Of a stretch of 64,000 bases of DNA, positions 35,795 through 45,874 are shown piece after piece (positions within the stretch are counted from its first letter, which is position 1; the number at the start of each line of letters is the position of its first letter). The translations under genes and the position numbers were made by a program. The stretch lies in the IMG/VR virus record IMGVR_UViG_3300043788_000169, positions 1 to 64,000 of that record. The stretch is one strand, 5' to 3'. The notes under the pieces were generated by a model. That model saw nothing but the letters and a program-made list of their open reading frames with translations. It was not told the origin of the DNA and did not search any database. Origin of the DNA: a virus.

Positions 35795-36040
35795 ATGTCC
35801 GAGCTTAATTTCGCTGACCTCACATGGCAGCCCAGGTGGAACCAGGCGGCCGGCGTCGCGGCCCTGTCCCAGATCGGCGCCGACGTCATGGCTACCAACT
35901 TCATGGGTGTGCTGCGGTTCCGGCTGGACCAAGATGCGGATGTCGCGGCGATCGTCAACTGTGCCCGGAGGTTTGCTGATCTGGTGGAGGAGACCAAGCG
36001 CGAGTATGACGCGGCGGTCCTTCCCCGACCTCCGGGGTAG
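35795..36040 (+). CDS. small hypothetical protein
   Basis: GTAATA-N5-ATG. Confidence 0.5.
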   Translation: MSELNFADLTWQPRWNQAAGVAALSQIGADVMATNFMGVLRFRLDQDADVAAIVNCARRFADLVEETKREYDAAVLPRPPG

Positions 36041-36109
36041 CTGACTGCAAGTCCGGGTTCATCAGCCGATAGAGCACAGCAGTACCGCTCCGCGTGACAT
36101 CCCAGGGAG

Positions 36110-37375
36110 ATGGCTGTGCCAAACATTTCGCTGCTTGAGCCGATGGTCCTGCGCGGCGTCGTGGAGAAGTTCACCGTGCCGGAGTCGCTGGTCATGCTCA
36201 ACCGGCTCGACCAGACGCCATGGCCGTGGCCATACGCGACCTGGGATGTGATTAAGGGCTCGCGCATGATGGCCGCGCCCAACGTGCCGAACGCGGAAGC
36301 GCACATCGTGTCTCGCCTCGGCCGGTCGCAGGAGACCGCGAGCTTCGTGTACCTGCGCGAGAAGAAGATCTTCGAGCCGACCACGCTGCACTGGCTGCGC
36401 GTGCCTGGCGAGCTGGCCCGGGTCAACGCCGAGCAGAGCGTGCTGCGCGAGGTCAACGACCTCAACCAGCGCTTCGACAACTTCGCGGAGTGGCTCATCT
36501 GGCAGGCGATGGGTGGCTCGATCGTCTTCCAGAGCGGCCAGGGCTTCGCTGGCACCTCCGGCCCGACGGGCCCAAGCGGGATCTCCAGCGGTGCGGGCGA
36601 CGTCCAGGCGACGGTCGACTTCAAGTTCCCGTCCAGCCACTTCGTCCAGCCCGCGGTCCCGTGGCTGGCCAACAGTGCGCTGACGTGGGGCACGACTGGC
36701 GTGGGTGCCAACACCACGCTGAACCAGGCCAACACCAACCTGCAGGCCGGCGGCGGCTCGATCTCCTACGCGACCCCGATGGAGATCGTGGAGGACATCC
36801 GGAGCTGGAAGCGGATCGTCCAGATCCACGGCCGCGTCCCGGCCACGGAGGTCTTCGCCACCTCGGTCACCCTCGCTGCGATGTTCGAGGCGTGGGTCCA
36901 GGCTGGCCAGGGCTCCACCGTCAACATCCCGGCCACGATGCTCAGCGACCGGATGAAGGACGAATATTACTCGTCCGGCACGCTCTCGGGCTTCATGGGC
37001 CTGACCTGGAACACCGTCGAGGAAGTCTTCGAGAACACCTCGGGCGTCCTGACGTTCTTCGTCCCCGACGGCATGCTCTACATGGGCAACTACAGCGACC
37101 AGCGGCCGCTGGAGCTGCTGATCGGCCCGACCGCGGACGACGAGGCGCCTGACGGCTTCACCGGCAAGTACGCCAAGACGTGGAAGGAAAAGGACCCGTC
37201 GGCGCGGCAGTACCTGCTGGAGTGGAACCTCCTGCCGATCGTGACCCGGCCCGAGCAGATGCTCGTGGTCGACGGCATCATCGCCAACAACACGACCACG
37301 GCTACCTACGCCGGCGGTTCGGGCGGCAGCCTCCAGACCTACCCGTACTACTTCAACCAGAACCCGACCGATTGA
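36110..37375 (+). CDS. major capsid protein (lambda gpE-like)
   Basis: EWLIWQAMGG, VDFKFPSSH, P..DI..W, GKYAKTW.EKDPS..LP; GGGAG RBS. Confidence 0.88.
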   Translation: MAVPNISLLEPMVLRGVVEKFTVPESLVMLNRLDQTPWPWPYATWDVIKGSRMMAAPNVPNAEAHIVSRLGRSQETASFVYLREKKIFEPTTLHWLRVPGELARVNAEQSVLREVNDLNQRFDNFAEWLIWQAMGGSIVFQSGQGFAGTSGPTGPSGISSGAGDVQATVDFKFPSSHFVQPAVPWLANSALTWGTTGVGANTTLNQANTNLQAGGGSISYATPMEIVEDIRSWKRIVQIHGRVPATEVFATSVTLAAMFEAWVQAGQGSTVNIPATMLSDRMKDEYYSSGTLSGFMGLTWNTVEEVFENTSGVLTFFVPDGMLYMGNYSDQRPLELLIGPTADDEAPDGFTGKYAKTWKEKDPSARQYLLEWNLLPIVTRPEQMLVVDGIIANNTTTATYAGGSGGSLQTYPYYFNQNPTD

Positions 37376-37401
37376 TCCAGCATCCGCTGAGCTGCTGGAC
37401 A

Positions 37402-37437
37402 AAGGACCCCGGTGTGCAGGGAGGCGCCGGGGTCCTT
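37402..37437 (+). terminator. hairpin after capsid gene
   Basis: AAGGACCCCGG..CCGGGGTCCTT. Confidence 0.6.
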
Positions 37438-37453
37438 GCGCTGAGGAGGACCC

Positions 37454-37705
37454 GTGCAGGCAGGCCACACCGACCGGCTGCTGGCGCAGCTCCAGAGCAT
37501 CGAAGGTCGCCAGCTGATGGTAGGAACCATGCCTGCGAGCGGCCTGGTGGTGCCGCCTGGCGGGGACATCAGCGTCTCCCCGGACGGCATGATCCTCACC
37601 GATGCCGTCGGCGTGCCGCAGTATTACGTTCACTCCAGCGGGATCGTGGTGGGGTACGCCCGTGCCAGGACGGACGGGAACGGGGACGACGACAGCCCGT
37701 CCTGA
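37454..37705 (+). CDS. small hypothetical protein
   Basis: GAGGAGG RBS. Confidence 0.55.
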   Translation: MQAGHTDRLLAQLQSIEGRQLMVGTMPASGLVVPPGGDISVSPDGMILTDAVGVPQYYVHSSGIVVGYARARTDGNGDDDSPS

Positions 37706-37718
37706 CGATGCTCTCCGC

Positions 37719-38426
37719 ATGAGCGGTGTGAGTAAGCGCGGTCAGCTGGCTGATCCGGTAGGCATGGCCCCCGAACTTCCAACGGAAGAGCCTGTTTCGT
37801 TGGAAGTTGCTCCCGAACTACCAACTCAGCTTGCATGTGGCTACGGTCACCCGGTTGCTGAGGGTGCGAAGTTCTGCCCCGAGTGTGGGCAGCCGCTCGT
37901 GGCGCCTCCCCCGGCCCGGGAAGAGGCTCCGGCCGCGCTGAACGCGCCCGTGGACCCCCGGCCCAAGCCAGAGGCTGAGCTGACCGACGAGGAGCGCGCG
38001 GAGCGCCAGCGGCAGCACCTGCTGGCCATGGAGGCCGGCCGGCGCGATCCCGGCGTCCAGTTCGCCAGCCCGCCGCCCAACCGCGAGACGGTGCTCATTC
38101 ACATGGTGGAGGACGGCCTGACCGCGTTCGGGGTCGTCTGGTTCCGCGGCCAGGAGCTGGAGATCGAGGTCAACGGGCCACGGTGGAGCGAGGCCCGCAA
38201 GTGGATCCTGCTGGACGACGCGCAGCAGATGCTGCGGTGGAAGAAGATCATGTTCCGCCGCGGGCCGTGGCCCGGCCTCCGCTCCTACCGCGGTGCTCAG
38301 TTCATGCCGCTGCGGGCCATGTCCGGTGAGGGGGCTCTCGCGCCGATCACTCCCGATGCGCTCATGCAGGCGGATGCGGCCGAGGCCCGGCGCGGCCGCG
38401 GGATACCCGTGCTGCCGAGGGCCTGA
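37719..38426 (+). CDS. hypothetical protein with zinc ribbon
   Basis: CGYGH..AKFCPECG; ACGAT-N9-ATG. Confidence 0.7.
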   Translation: MSGVSKRGQLADPVGMAPELPTEEPVSLEVAPELPTQLACGYGHPVAEGAKFCPECGQPLVAPPPAREEAPAALNAPVDPRPKPEAELTDEERAERQRQHLLAMEAGRRDPGVQFASPPPNRETVLIHMVEDGLTAFGVVWFRGQELEIEVNGPRWSEARKWILLDDAQQMLRWKKIMFRRGPWPGLRSYRGAQFMPLRAMSGEGALAPITPDALMQADAAEARRGRGIPVLPRA

Positions 38427-38444
38427 GCAGGTAATCTTTTACCC

Positions 38445-38645
38445 GTGACCGACGTCGATGTTGATGCCACCGAGGCTAACGCCCGGCAGGTCCGCGGCCG
38501 GTCGGTGGCGTGCCCGCCGCGGGAGGCCGCTCATCCCGGATGCGGGGCGCCGGCCGGAGAGCCGTGCCGGACCAGAGCCGGAGTGATCACCGCGACCCAT
38601 CAGGCGCGCTGGGCTGCGTACTACCAGGAGCACCCCGACCGCTGA
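38445..38645 (+). CDS. phage zinc-finger protein
   Basis: VACP..CGAPAGEPC..H..R. Confidence 0.65.
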   Translation: MTDVDVDATEANARQVRGRSVACPPREAAHPGCGAPAGEPCRTRAGVITATHQARWAAYYQEHPDR

Positions 38646-38661
38646 GCCCGATAGTCTGGGT

Positions 38662-39288
38662 GTGTACGAGGTCCCGACGCTTGATGAGCTGTCCCAGTTT
38701 TCCGGGCGTCCGTCGTCGTCTTATACCAGCTTCGCCACCAATGCCCTGATACAGTCCACCATCATCTGGACTGCGCTGACCCAGATCACCGACTCCTCGC
38801 TGCTGTGCAGCACCGATGACCAGAACCTGGCCCAGTGGGGGATCTGCGCGTACGCCGACTACCTCTACCTGCGCCAGCCCTACCAGCAGGTGATCGCGAA
38901 CCCGCTGCAGAACGAGTCGATCGGGTCGTACTCTTACAGCAAGCCCATGGCCGAGATGGCTCGCAACGCCCAGGCCATGGAGGTCCAGAGCGAGACCACG
39001 GGCGTCTACCTGTTCGACCTGAGTGTGCGCCTGCTCGCCGTCCGCACCCGCGCCGGCGGGGTCTTCCACGGCGGGGTCACGCTGTTCGAGCGCACCAGCA
39101 CCGGGCACCCGGAAGGCTGGAGCGAGGGCGAGGGGCAGATGGCTGTGCGGTTCGACGGCGCCGGGATGTTCGTGGACCGCTACAACGGCCGGTGGGTGGT
39201 CCGCGGTCCGGACGAGTTCAACCTGGTCGACTGGAACATGATCGACATCAACGCCGAGATATTTCCCGCTGATCCAGGCATCGGCTAG
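38662..39288 (+). CDS. head-tail adaptor
   Basis: ESIGSYSYSK motif; position. Confidence 0.75.
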   Translation: MYEVPTLDELSQFSGRPSSSYTSFATNALIQSTIIWTALTQITDSSLLCSTDDQNLAQWGICAYADYLYLRQPYQQVIANPLQNESIGSYSYSKPMAEMARNAQAMEVQSETTGVYLFDLSVRLLAVRTRAGGVFHGGVTLFERTSTGHPEGWSEGEGQMAVRFDGAGMFVDRYNGRWVVRGPDEFNLVDWNMIDINAEIFPADPGIG

Positions 39289-39297
39289 CCTGCGCGC

Positions 39298-39573
39298 ATG
39301 TTGCCTGGCCCGCCGTCCTTGGCCAGCACGGCTACCGAGGGTGCTAACTGGCCGTTGCCTCGCCGCCCGGAGCCGGTGCTCCCCAAGGACGGCCCTACGG
39401 CAGACCGGCACCTCGGCCTGTGGTGCGGTTGCCCGCTGCTGGAGTGCTGTCACAACGAGGATCAGTTCGAGCACCGCGGTCGCCACATCGACCTCGGCAG
39501 TCCCCGGTCGGGCTACCTGCTGCCCTGGACTGATGACGAGTACGCAGAAGACCAGCGTGCTGGTCTCGTCTAG
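39298..39573 (+). CDS. hypothetical protein
   Basis: ORF between neck genes. Confidence 0.4.
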   Translation: MLPGPPSLASTATEGANWPLPRRPEPVLPKDGPTADRHLGLWCGCPLLECCHNEDQFEHRGRHIDLGSPRSGYLLPWTDDEYAEDQRAGLV

Positions 39574-39588
39574 CCCGATAACCACCGT

Positions 39589-40095
39589 GTGAGCATCACG
39601 CCTCCCGAGCCGTACATCCCGTTCGCTCCCCTGCAGGGGTCCATGCGGGCCCTGTACCACTCGATGGTGCAGGTTACGAGGCTGCAGGCCACCATCACCC
39701 CCGACGGCGCCGCGAACATGTCCTGGAGCCCGGTGGGGGTGGTGTTCGACATGTTCCTGAACACCCCCAGCTACATGATGTGCCGCCTGGACCTGCAGTT
39801 CGTCCGCCGCGGTGTCGACCAGCCGCCCGCGCTCGTCGCCGGCAAGGCGCCGGACCGCGTCGGGGTGATCTACTACGACCCGGTCACCGACCCGCTGACC
39901 GGCGTGCCGCTGATCCTGGCCGGCGACCGGCTGGTGTGCGTATCCGGCCCGGTGATGGGCACCTTCGAGCTGCGGGTCGTGCCCGACGTCGCCCAGGATC
40001 TGATCGGTGCTCACCACGTCGAGACCCAGATCGTGGAGGTCAGCCAGGCGCTGCAGCCTGGTTCGATCCAGCCGTTCCCCGGCAGTGGCCCGTGA
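39589..40095 (+). CDS. head closure/stopper protein
   Basis: CRLD..AGDRL..HHVETQ; position. Confidence 0.7.
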   Translation: MSITPPEPYIPFAPLQGSMRALYHSMVQVTRLQATITPDGAANMSWSPVGVVFDMFLNTPSYMMCRLDLQFVRRGVDQPPALVAGKAPDRVGVIYYDPVTDPLTGVPLILAGDRLVCVSGPVMGTFELRVVPDVAQDLIGAHHVETQIVEVSQALQPGSIQPFPGSGP

Positions 40096-40469
40096 GCTTC
40101 CGCCTGACGGTCGACGCCTCCCGTGCCCTTGCCGAGCTGGACCGCCTCGCCCGCGGGCCGGATCCCGGCACCTTCGAGGTTCCGCTGGCCGCCGCCACCG
40201 CGGCGACCGCCTCGCGCGTGCACAAGCTCACCGGCAGGCTGGCGGAGAGTGGTCACCCCAGCAGCGAGATGAGCGAGGGCCGGTGGGAGGGCACGCTGGC
40301 CTACGCCCGCTACCCTGGCATCTTCGAGCTGGCCCGCGGCAACCGGCCGACCAAGAACCACCCCGAGGGCAAGCACTTCTTCTTCGATCCCGGCGGCGAG
40401 AACTACCTGCAGGGCGTTCGGCGCGCACTGGTGGCCTACGTCACCGACGGAGACGAGACCGATCTCTAG
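40092..40469 (+). CDS. tail completion protein (HK97 gp10-like)
   Basis: VHKLTGRL.ESG; position. Confidence 0.6.
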   Translation: MSFRLTVDASRALAELDRLARGPDPGTFEVPLAAATAATASRVHKLTGRLAESGHPSSEMSEGRWEGTLAYARYPGIFELARGNRPTKNHPEGKHFFFDPGGENYLQGVRRALVAYVTDGDETDL

Positions 40470-40488
40470 CGCGCCGATTAACTCGGGC

Positions 40489-41115
40489 ATGGGACTGCTG
40501 CAGGAGGTCGTGAGCGTCCGCACCACCCTGCGAGTCGATCGCTGGGATGCGGAGCAGGTGGCCTCGGCGCGGCGCCGGCTGGAGGCCCCGCCCGGTTTTG
40601 AGCCCGATCACCGGCACTTCCGGCTGCTGAATATCAGGCCCTACTCGACCACGGTTGATGAGGACTGCAACCTGGTCACCCAGCAGGGGTGGGTCGCGCT
40701 GCTCGGCGGTATCGCGGGCACGACCATGACCACCAAGTTCTCCGCCTCTCAGGCCCGGATCGGCGCGGGCACCGTGAACACCGCGGCGGCCTATGCCGAC
40801 ACCAAGCTGGGCGGGGACGGAAGCTCCTCTACCGCCTGGTACAAGCTGGTTTCCGGCTCTCCGACGATCTCCACCGGCTCCAGCCCGCCCACTCTGGTCT
40901 TCGTCGCGGCGTTCGGCACCAGCGTGGCCAACTTCGCCTGGGCGGAGTTCGGCACCGACAACGGATCCTCGGACAGCAACACGGTGACCGTTAGCAATCC
41001 CTGCTTCCTCAACCACGGGATCAGCAACCAGGGCACGAAGGCCAGCGGCCAGATCTGGACGGTCACCGAGACGATCACCTTCGGGTACCCGACCGGCGCC
41101 GGCACGGTGTCCTGA
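40489..41115 (+). CDS. virion structural/minor tail protein
   Basis: NLVT..G, IGAG, ANFAWAEFG, KASGQIW. Confidence 0.7.
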   Translation: MGLLQEVVSVRTTLRVDRWDAEQVASARRRLEAPPGFEPDHRHFRLLNIRPYSTTVDEDCNLVTQQGWVALLGGIAGTTMTTKFSASQARIGAGTVNTAAAYADTKLGGDGSSSTAWYKLVSGSPTISTGSSPPTLVFVAAFGTSVANFAWAEFGTDNGSSDSNTVTVSNPCFLNHGISNQGTKASGQIWTVTETITFGYPTGAGTVS

Positions 41116-41130
41116 CCTGGGCGGCGCCTT

Positions 41131-42750
41131 ATGGCGTTCGGTGTTCCCTACAGTCTTGGCTCGGCGAACAGCGGCGCTGGCGCTGACACCCTCCAGCTCA
41201 CTGTCACTGCCAGCTCTGCTCAGGGCGACGCCATCGTCGTCACCGCGTCGATCAACACCAACTCGGCGGCCGCGTCGCCGTCAGCCTGCGCGGATAGCCA
41301 GGGCAACGTCTACACACGGGTCACCTTCACCGGCACGTCTGCGGAGTATCAGACTTCGCAATTCGTCTCGACGGAGAACAGTTCGGGTGGCCCGACCAGC
41401 CCGCTGGTCAGCGGCGTCGACACGATTACTGTCACATACACCACTTCTACGACAGCCACCGGGCACAACCTGGCTGCGATAGGGTGCTCTGGCTGTGCAG
41501 TCGGCCCTACATCCGCCACGGTTGACCAGACCGCCATCAACGGCAACACCACGACCGGCACGGTCACCACTGCGACCCTGGCCGCTCTCCAGCAGACCGC
41601 TGAGCTGATTGTCGCTTCGGTCAGCGCTCACGACACTGCGCCTCCGATGGTCTGGAACACCCCGCTCAGCAATGTCGTGGGCCCCGTCGTCAACGCCGCG
41701 AATCAGCAGACCTGGGTCGCCGCGGGAGTGTCGACCACCTCGGCGTCCACAACCTATGGCGGCACGGTCAGTGCCTCGGGCAAGTGGGATTGCGCCGTCG
41801 TCTCGATCCTGCCGCTGGGGGCCCAGTCCATCTCCGAGGCCGACGTCGCCGGGGCTGTGGACAGTCTCTCGGTCTCGGTGTCCGTGCCCCTGGCTGATGC
41901 AGGCGCCGCAGTAGATGATCAGCCGGGTGAGTTCACTCTTTCCGCTACCGTGGCGCTGGCCGACACCGCGGCGGGCACCGACAGCTTCTCGGCAGCCGTG
42001 GCCGCCTCGCTGGCCGACGTCGCTGGGGCTGACGACTTTGTGGCTCCTGCGGCTGCGCTGAGCCTCGCGGACGTGGCCGCAGGGGAGGACGCCCTCTCCC
42101 CGGCTGCCACAGTAGCCCTGGCTGACGTAGCCGGGGCAGATGATTCTGTGACTCCGGCCGTCGCCCTGAGCCTGGCCGACACTGCGGGTGCAGTGGACGG
42201 TATGTCGCTGGCTGCCGCTATCGCGGTGGCTGACGTGGCGGGCGGAACTGATGCCCTCCTGCTGGCGATTGGGATAGCCGAGACCGCGGGTGCGGTGGAC
42301 AGCATCTCCGTGACCATCTCCGAGGCGGGCTCCCCGCTGCCGTGGTTCACCGCGGCGCTCATGGTGAGCCGCTGGCGGGCGTCGATTGAAGGGCAGAGGT
42401 GGTCAGCTGCGCTGCTGCCGGGAAGATGGGTGAGTGCGTTGGCTACCCGGGTCTACAACGTCACATCGACGGAGCAGATCCCCGCCCGCGTGACGGGGCC
42501 GGCCGATCCCACGGGGCTGGAAGTGCAGATGGCCTTCCTGACGTCGCCCCCGCCTGCGCAGCCCACCGTCGATCAGTGGCTGGCCGCGGAGTGGGGAACC
42601 GATACCGGACCGCCCTGGACAGCCTTGTGCCTGATCGGCCCGGCCGGCCTTATGACCCTGGTCTCCGGCGTGAATTACTACGTCTGGGTGCAGGTCACGG
42701 CCAGCCCGGAGGTGCCCGTCGAGTATGCGGGGATGCTGGAGGCCCAGTAG
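41131..42750 (+). CDS. Ser/Thr/Ala-rich fibre-like structural protein with 18-aa repeats
   Basis: beta-rich N-terminus; LADxAxxxD repeats. Confidence 0.72.
   Translation: MAFGVPYSLGSANSGAGADTLQLTVTASSAQGDAIVVTASINTNSAAASPSACADSQGNVYTRVTFTGTSAEYQTSQFVSTENSSGGPTSPLVSGVDTITVTYTTSTTATGHNLAAIGCSGCAVGPTSATVDQTAINGNTTTGTVTTATLAALQQTAELIVASVSAHDTAPPMVWNTPLSNVVGPVVNAANQQTWVAAGVSTTSASTTYGGTVSASGKWDCAVVSILPLGAQSISEADVAGAVDSLSVSVSVPLADAGAAVDDQPGEFTLSATVALADTAAGTDSFSAAVAASLADVAGADDFVAPAAALSLADVAAGEDALSPAATVALADVAGADDSVTPAVALSLADTAGAVDGMSLAAAIAVADVAGGTDALLLAIGIAETAGAVDSISVTISEAGSPLPWFTAALMVSRWRASIEGQRWSAALLPGRWVSALATRVYNVTSTEQIPARVTGPADPTGLEVQMAFLTSPPPAQPTVDQWLAAEWGTDTGPPWTALCLIGPAGLMTLVSGVNYYVWVQVTASPEVPVEYAGMLEAQ
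41830..42320 (+). repeat. degenerate 54-bp (18-aa) tandem repeat
   Basis: LADTAAGTDSFSAAVAAS / LADVAGADDFVAPAAALS / LADVAAGEDALSPAATVA etc. Confidence 0.75.
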
Positions 42751-43272
42751 ATGGACAATGTCGCCTCCGGCGCGGTGCAGTACCTGTCCGGGATTCAGGA
42801 CGTCACCGCCCTGCTCGGCTCGTTCGGGATCTCTGACCCGGCCCCCGCCAATATCGGGATGCCCTACATCTTCCAGGAGAACCAGCTCGTCGTGCTCCAG
42901 GGCACCTCTGCGGCCGGCCTGGTGTGCTCGGTGTCCGGGCAGTGGAACAATGCCATTCCTTACGGCACACAGCGGTTCAGCCGCCTGAGCGTGGAGTTCT
43001 ACGTCGACCCGCAGCGCGATTCCGGCCTGAACGTGACCGAGACCCCGGGCCTCACGATCAAGAGAGGCGAGCAGCTGTTCGCCGTGGTGAACAGCTACCT
43101 GCACCGCCGCAACCCCGATACCCAGGTCTGGGGTGATCTGGTCACAGTCAGCTGTGTGCTCCTGGCGGAGGGCGAGTTCGTCAAGATGCCGACCGGGGAC
43201 GGCGACTGGCTGCAGTACAAGCAGAGCCTTTACGGAGTCGGGTTCACCGGCTGGACCGACGTCGCAATCTAG
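42751..43272 (+). CDS. probable tail terminator
   Basis: size, position, VTALLG..RLSVEFY. Confidence 0.6.
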   Translation: MDNVASGAVQYLSGIQDVTALLGSFGISDPAPANIGMPYIFQENQLVVLQGTSAAGLVCSVSGQWNNAIPYGTQRFSRLSVEFYVDPQRDSGLNVTETPGLTIKRGEQLFAVVNSYLHRRNPDTQVWGDLVTVSCVLLAEGEFVKMPTGDGDWLQYKQSLYGVGFTGWTDVAI

Positions 43273-43281
43273 GAGAGCCCC

Positions 43282-43755
43282 ATGCCACTGTTCATTCCCC
43301 GCCGTCGCAAGCTGGGCCCTGTCAAGGAAATGATGAACTCCACTGTCCTGTGGCAGATGGGTGTGGCGGCCGCCACGATCAGCGCCAACGGGAACTCCGG
43401 CGAGATCAACGTCGCCTCGTGGGAGAACTTCATCCTGATGGCCACGGTGGGCATCCCGACCGGGTCGAGCCCGACCCTGCAGGTGCACGTGGACGGATAC
43501 GATGCCAACGGCAACGTCTACTCCGACCTGTGCAGCGCCTCGCAGCCGGTGCTGGGCTTCAGCGGGGGCGGGGCGCAGAGCCTGCAGTCAACCCTGGGGC
43601 TCAGCGCCCAGTTCGTCGTCTCGTCTTCCGCGGGCACCCCGGGCGCTTTCAACCAGCTGTTCTGCGCCCCGGAGTACATCGCGGTGCGGTGGGTCATCGG
43701 CGGCACCGGCAGCCCGACGTTCCCCGGCACCTACATGAGCTTGTTCGGCCGCTGA
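43282..43755 (+). CDS. probable beta-sandwich structural protein
   Basis: GSSPTLQV..YIAVRWVIGGT.SPTF; AGGAG RBS. Confidence 0.65.
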   Translation: MPLFIPRRRKLGPVKEMMNSTVLWQMGVAAATISANGNSGEINVASWENFILMATVGIPTGSSPTLQVHVDGYDANGNVYSDLCSASQPVLGFSGGGAQSLQSTLGLSAQFVVSSSAGTPGAFNQLFCAPEYIAVRWVIGGTGSPTFPGTYMSLFGR

Positions 43756-43839
43756 CCGATGGTGTGCACCTGCCAGGGTTTCTGAGCGTCATTCCAGTTA
43801 TGTAGCAGTTGTTTGGCGGTGTGGAGGGCGGGGTTTCCG

Positions 43840-45099
43840 GTGAAAGTGCTAGTTAAGTCCCCGTACTCGCCCCTCGTCGGCTATGGCCAGGACGGCTTCG
43901 GGATCATCCGGGCGCTGGATCACTGGGGCTGCGATGTCTACCCGCAGCCCACCTGGGTGGACGTCCCGATCCCCAAGGATCTGCTGCACCTGTTCAACAA
44001 GCACCTGGAGCCCCCGTTCGACCTCACGATCAACCACTGGTCGCCTGGCGAGCTGGGGATCCGGCCGGAGGCGCGCGAGCTGACCCGGTGTGCCATCGCC
44101 TGGACCATGTGGGAGTTCGAGAACTGCCCGCTGCCTGCCCCGGTGGCCATGACCGACAAGAAGAGCGGGGAGCCGTACACCACCACCGCCAAGAGCGGGC
44201 TGGTGCCGCTGTGCCGGAACCGTGGCTCGCTGCGCAAGCGGCTGGAGCTGTTCGACCTCGTGCTCGGCTACACCGAGACCACGCTGCACGCGCTCGATCA
44301 CTACATCCCCAGGGCCCGCGGCAAAGAGAAGGTGCCGGTGCCGACGGCGATCCTGCAGGGCGGGTTCGAGGCCGGGGACTGGAAGTTCAACCACGAGCGC
44401 GACTGGTTCGCCGATGAGTTCACCTACATCATGCACGGGGCGCTGAACCGCAGGAAGTGCGCCTGGACGGCGATCCAGGCGTTCAACGACCTCAAGCACG
44501 AGCACCCGGAGTTCGCCAAGGCCCGTCTCGCTCTTCATTCGATGACCCCAGGACTGTTCCCTGAGCTAAACGAAGTGTTCAAGGACAAGAACCTGCACGT
44601 CTACATCGAAGCCTGGGATCACGAGACGGTGCAGGCGTTCTACAACGCCGCGCACGTGCTGCTGGCCCCGAGCCGCGGGGAAGGCAAGAACCTGCCCGCC
44701 CTGGAGTTCTCCACGACCGGCGGAGTGGCGGCGGTCACGGCCTTCGGTGGCCACCTGAACTGGATGGGCGATGCCTACGCCTACCCGCTGAGCTACGAAC
44801 TCACCCCGTCCTTCGATGACCGGCCGGACGCAGCTTACGATGCCAAGGTGCCCGTGGAGGAGCTGAAGCGGGTCATGTGGCACACCTTCACCCACCGGGA
44901 CGAGGCCAGGCAGAAGGGCGAGCTGGCGTCCAAGGTGATCCCGTCTATGTGCGACTGGTCGGTGGTGGTGGAGAACCTGTTCCGCACGATCCGCGACAAC
45001 GTCCCGTTCAACGGCTCGCTGATCTACGACATGGCCATGCGGTGCCGGGTCGACCCGCTGGAGCGTGTTTCACGTGGAACGCAGGATCCGCGGGCATGA
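43840..45099 (+). CDS. GT4-like (GT-B) glycosyltransferase
   Basis: GYGQDG, TMWE, RK, PSRGEGKNLPALE. Confidence 0.85.
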   Translation: MKVLVKSPYSPLVGYGQDGFGIIRALDHWGCDVYPQPTWVDVPIPKDLLHLFNKHLEPPFDLTINHWSPGELGIRPEARELTRCAIAWTMWEFENCPLPAPVAMTDKKSGEPYTTTAKSGLVPLCRNRGSLRKRLELFDLVLGYTETTLHALDHYIPRARGKEKVPVPTAILQGGFEAGDWKFNHERDWFADEFTYIMHGALNRRKCAWTAIQAFNDLKHEHPEFAKARLALHSMTPGLFPELNEVFKDKNLHVYIEAWDHETVQAFYNAAHVLLAPSRGEGKNLPALEFSTTGGVAAVTAFGGHLNWMGDAYAYPLSYELTPSFDDRPDAAYDAKVPVEELKRVMWHTFTHRDEARQKGELASKVIPSMCDWSVVVENLFRTIRDNVPFNGSLIYDMAMRCRVDPLERVSRGTQDPRA

Positions 45100-45353
45100 C
45101 CGTCATGGCGATTGATCAGAGTGTGGCTGCCCCGGAGGAAGTCGAGCTGCGCTGCCCGGAGACCGCTGGCAAGCTGCTGGCCAAGATCCGGCGCCAGGGC
45201 GAGCAGCCGAGCTACGTGCACCCGGACAACCTGATCGAGCTGAGCTGCGACTCGTGCAAGCTCTCCCGGCGCCGGGCCGGGCTGCCGGTGGTCCGGGTGC
45301 TGCACCGCTACGACATTCTCGGCACTCTCGTGGCGACTCTGGTAGTCGAGTAA
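45096..45353 (+). CDS. small Zn-binding (Com-like) protein
   Basis: ELRCP..KLLAK..IELSCDSC. Confidence 0.6.
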   Translation: MTVMAIDQSVAAPEEVELRCPETAGKLLAKIRRQGEQPSYVHPDNLIELSCDSCKLSRRRAGLPVVRVLHRYDILGTLVATLVVE

Positions 45354-45428
45354 CCATTCGATGGCATAGCCTCCTGCCTGGGCGTACTAGATGGCCTGTG
45401 CATCTGTCGCCTAGCGGAGGGATCATCT

Positions 45429-45848
45429 ATGGCACTGAGAATCGTCGCAGCAGAGCAGGACCCGGACGAGGCAAGGCAGGAATGGCTGTATTCCACCGAC
45501 CCTGCCATCCTCGGCTGCCGCGGGCAGGGGCATGCCTTCCCTAAGATCAAGACCGGGAAGCTGGACCCTAAGCGCAACTGGCTGGAGCACAGCCAGCACG
45601 ACGGCCAGTGGCAGCTGGTCCAGCTCTGCCGGGATGGCTGCGGTACGGAGCGGTGCGTCACCACCAACCCTGGGGGCACCGACATTGACCTGCCCGCGCG
45701 ATTCCGGTATCGCCGGACCAAGCCCGGCTACAGCCCGCCCGCGGGCGTTCGGGTGACCCGGCGCGAGTGTTTCTCCGAGGTCATGCGCCGTCGCAGGGAG
45801 GACAAGGGCCCGGCCGAGGCACCTCCCGTGAAGTTCCGCTCAGGCTGA
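45429..45848 (+). CDS. hypothetical protein
   Basis: GGAGG RBS; CR..GH..CRDGC. Confidence 0.65.
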   Translation: MALRIVAAEQDPDEARQEWLYSTDPAILGCRGQGHAFPKIKTGKLDPKRNWLEHSQHDGQWQLVQLCRDGCGTERCVTTNPGGTDIDLPARFRYRRTKPGYSPPAGVRVTRRECFSEVMRRRREDKGPAEAPPVKFRSG

Positions 45849-45874
45849 ACACCTAGAAGAAAGCGAGTAATTAG

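Noticed and set aside
1950-35795. Possible third promoter motif GTAATA 5-6 nt before ATG (1961, 25525, 35795)
   Set aside because: Only three short instances; cannot be distinguished from chance or a variant -10 box.
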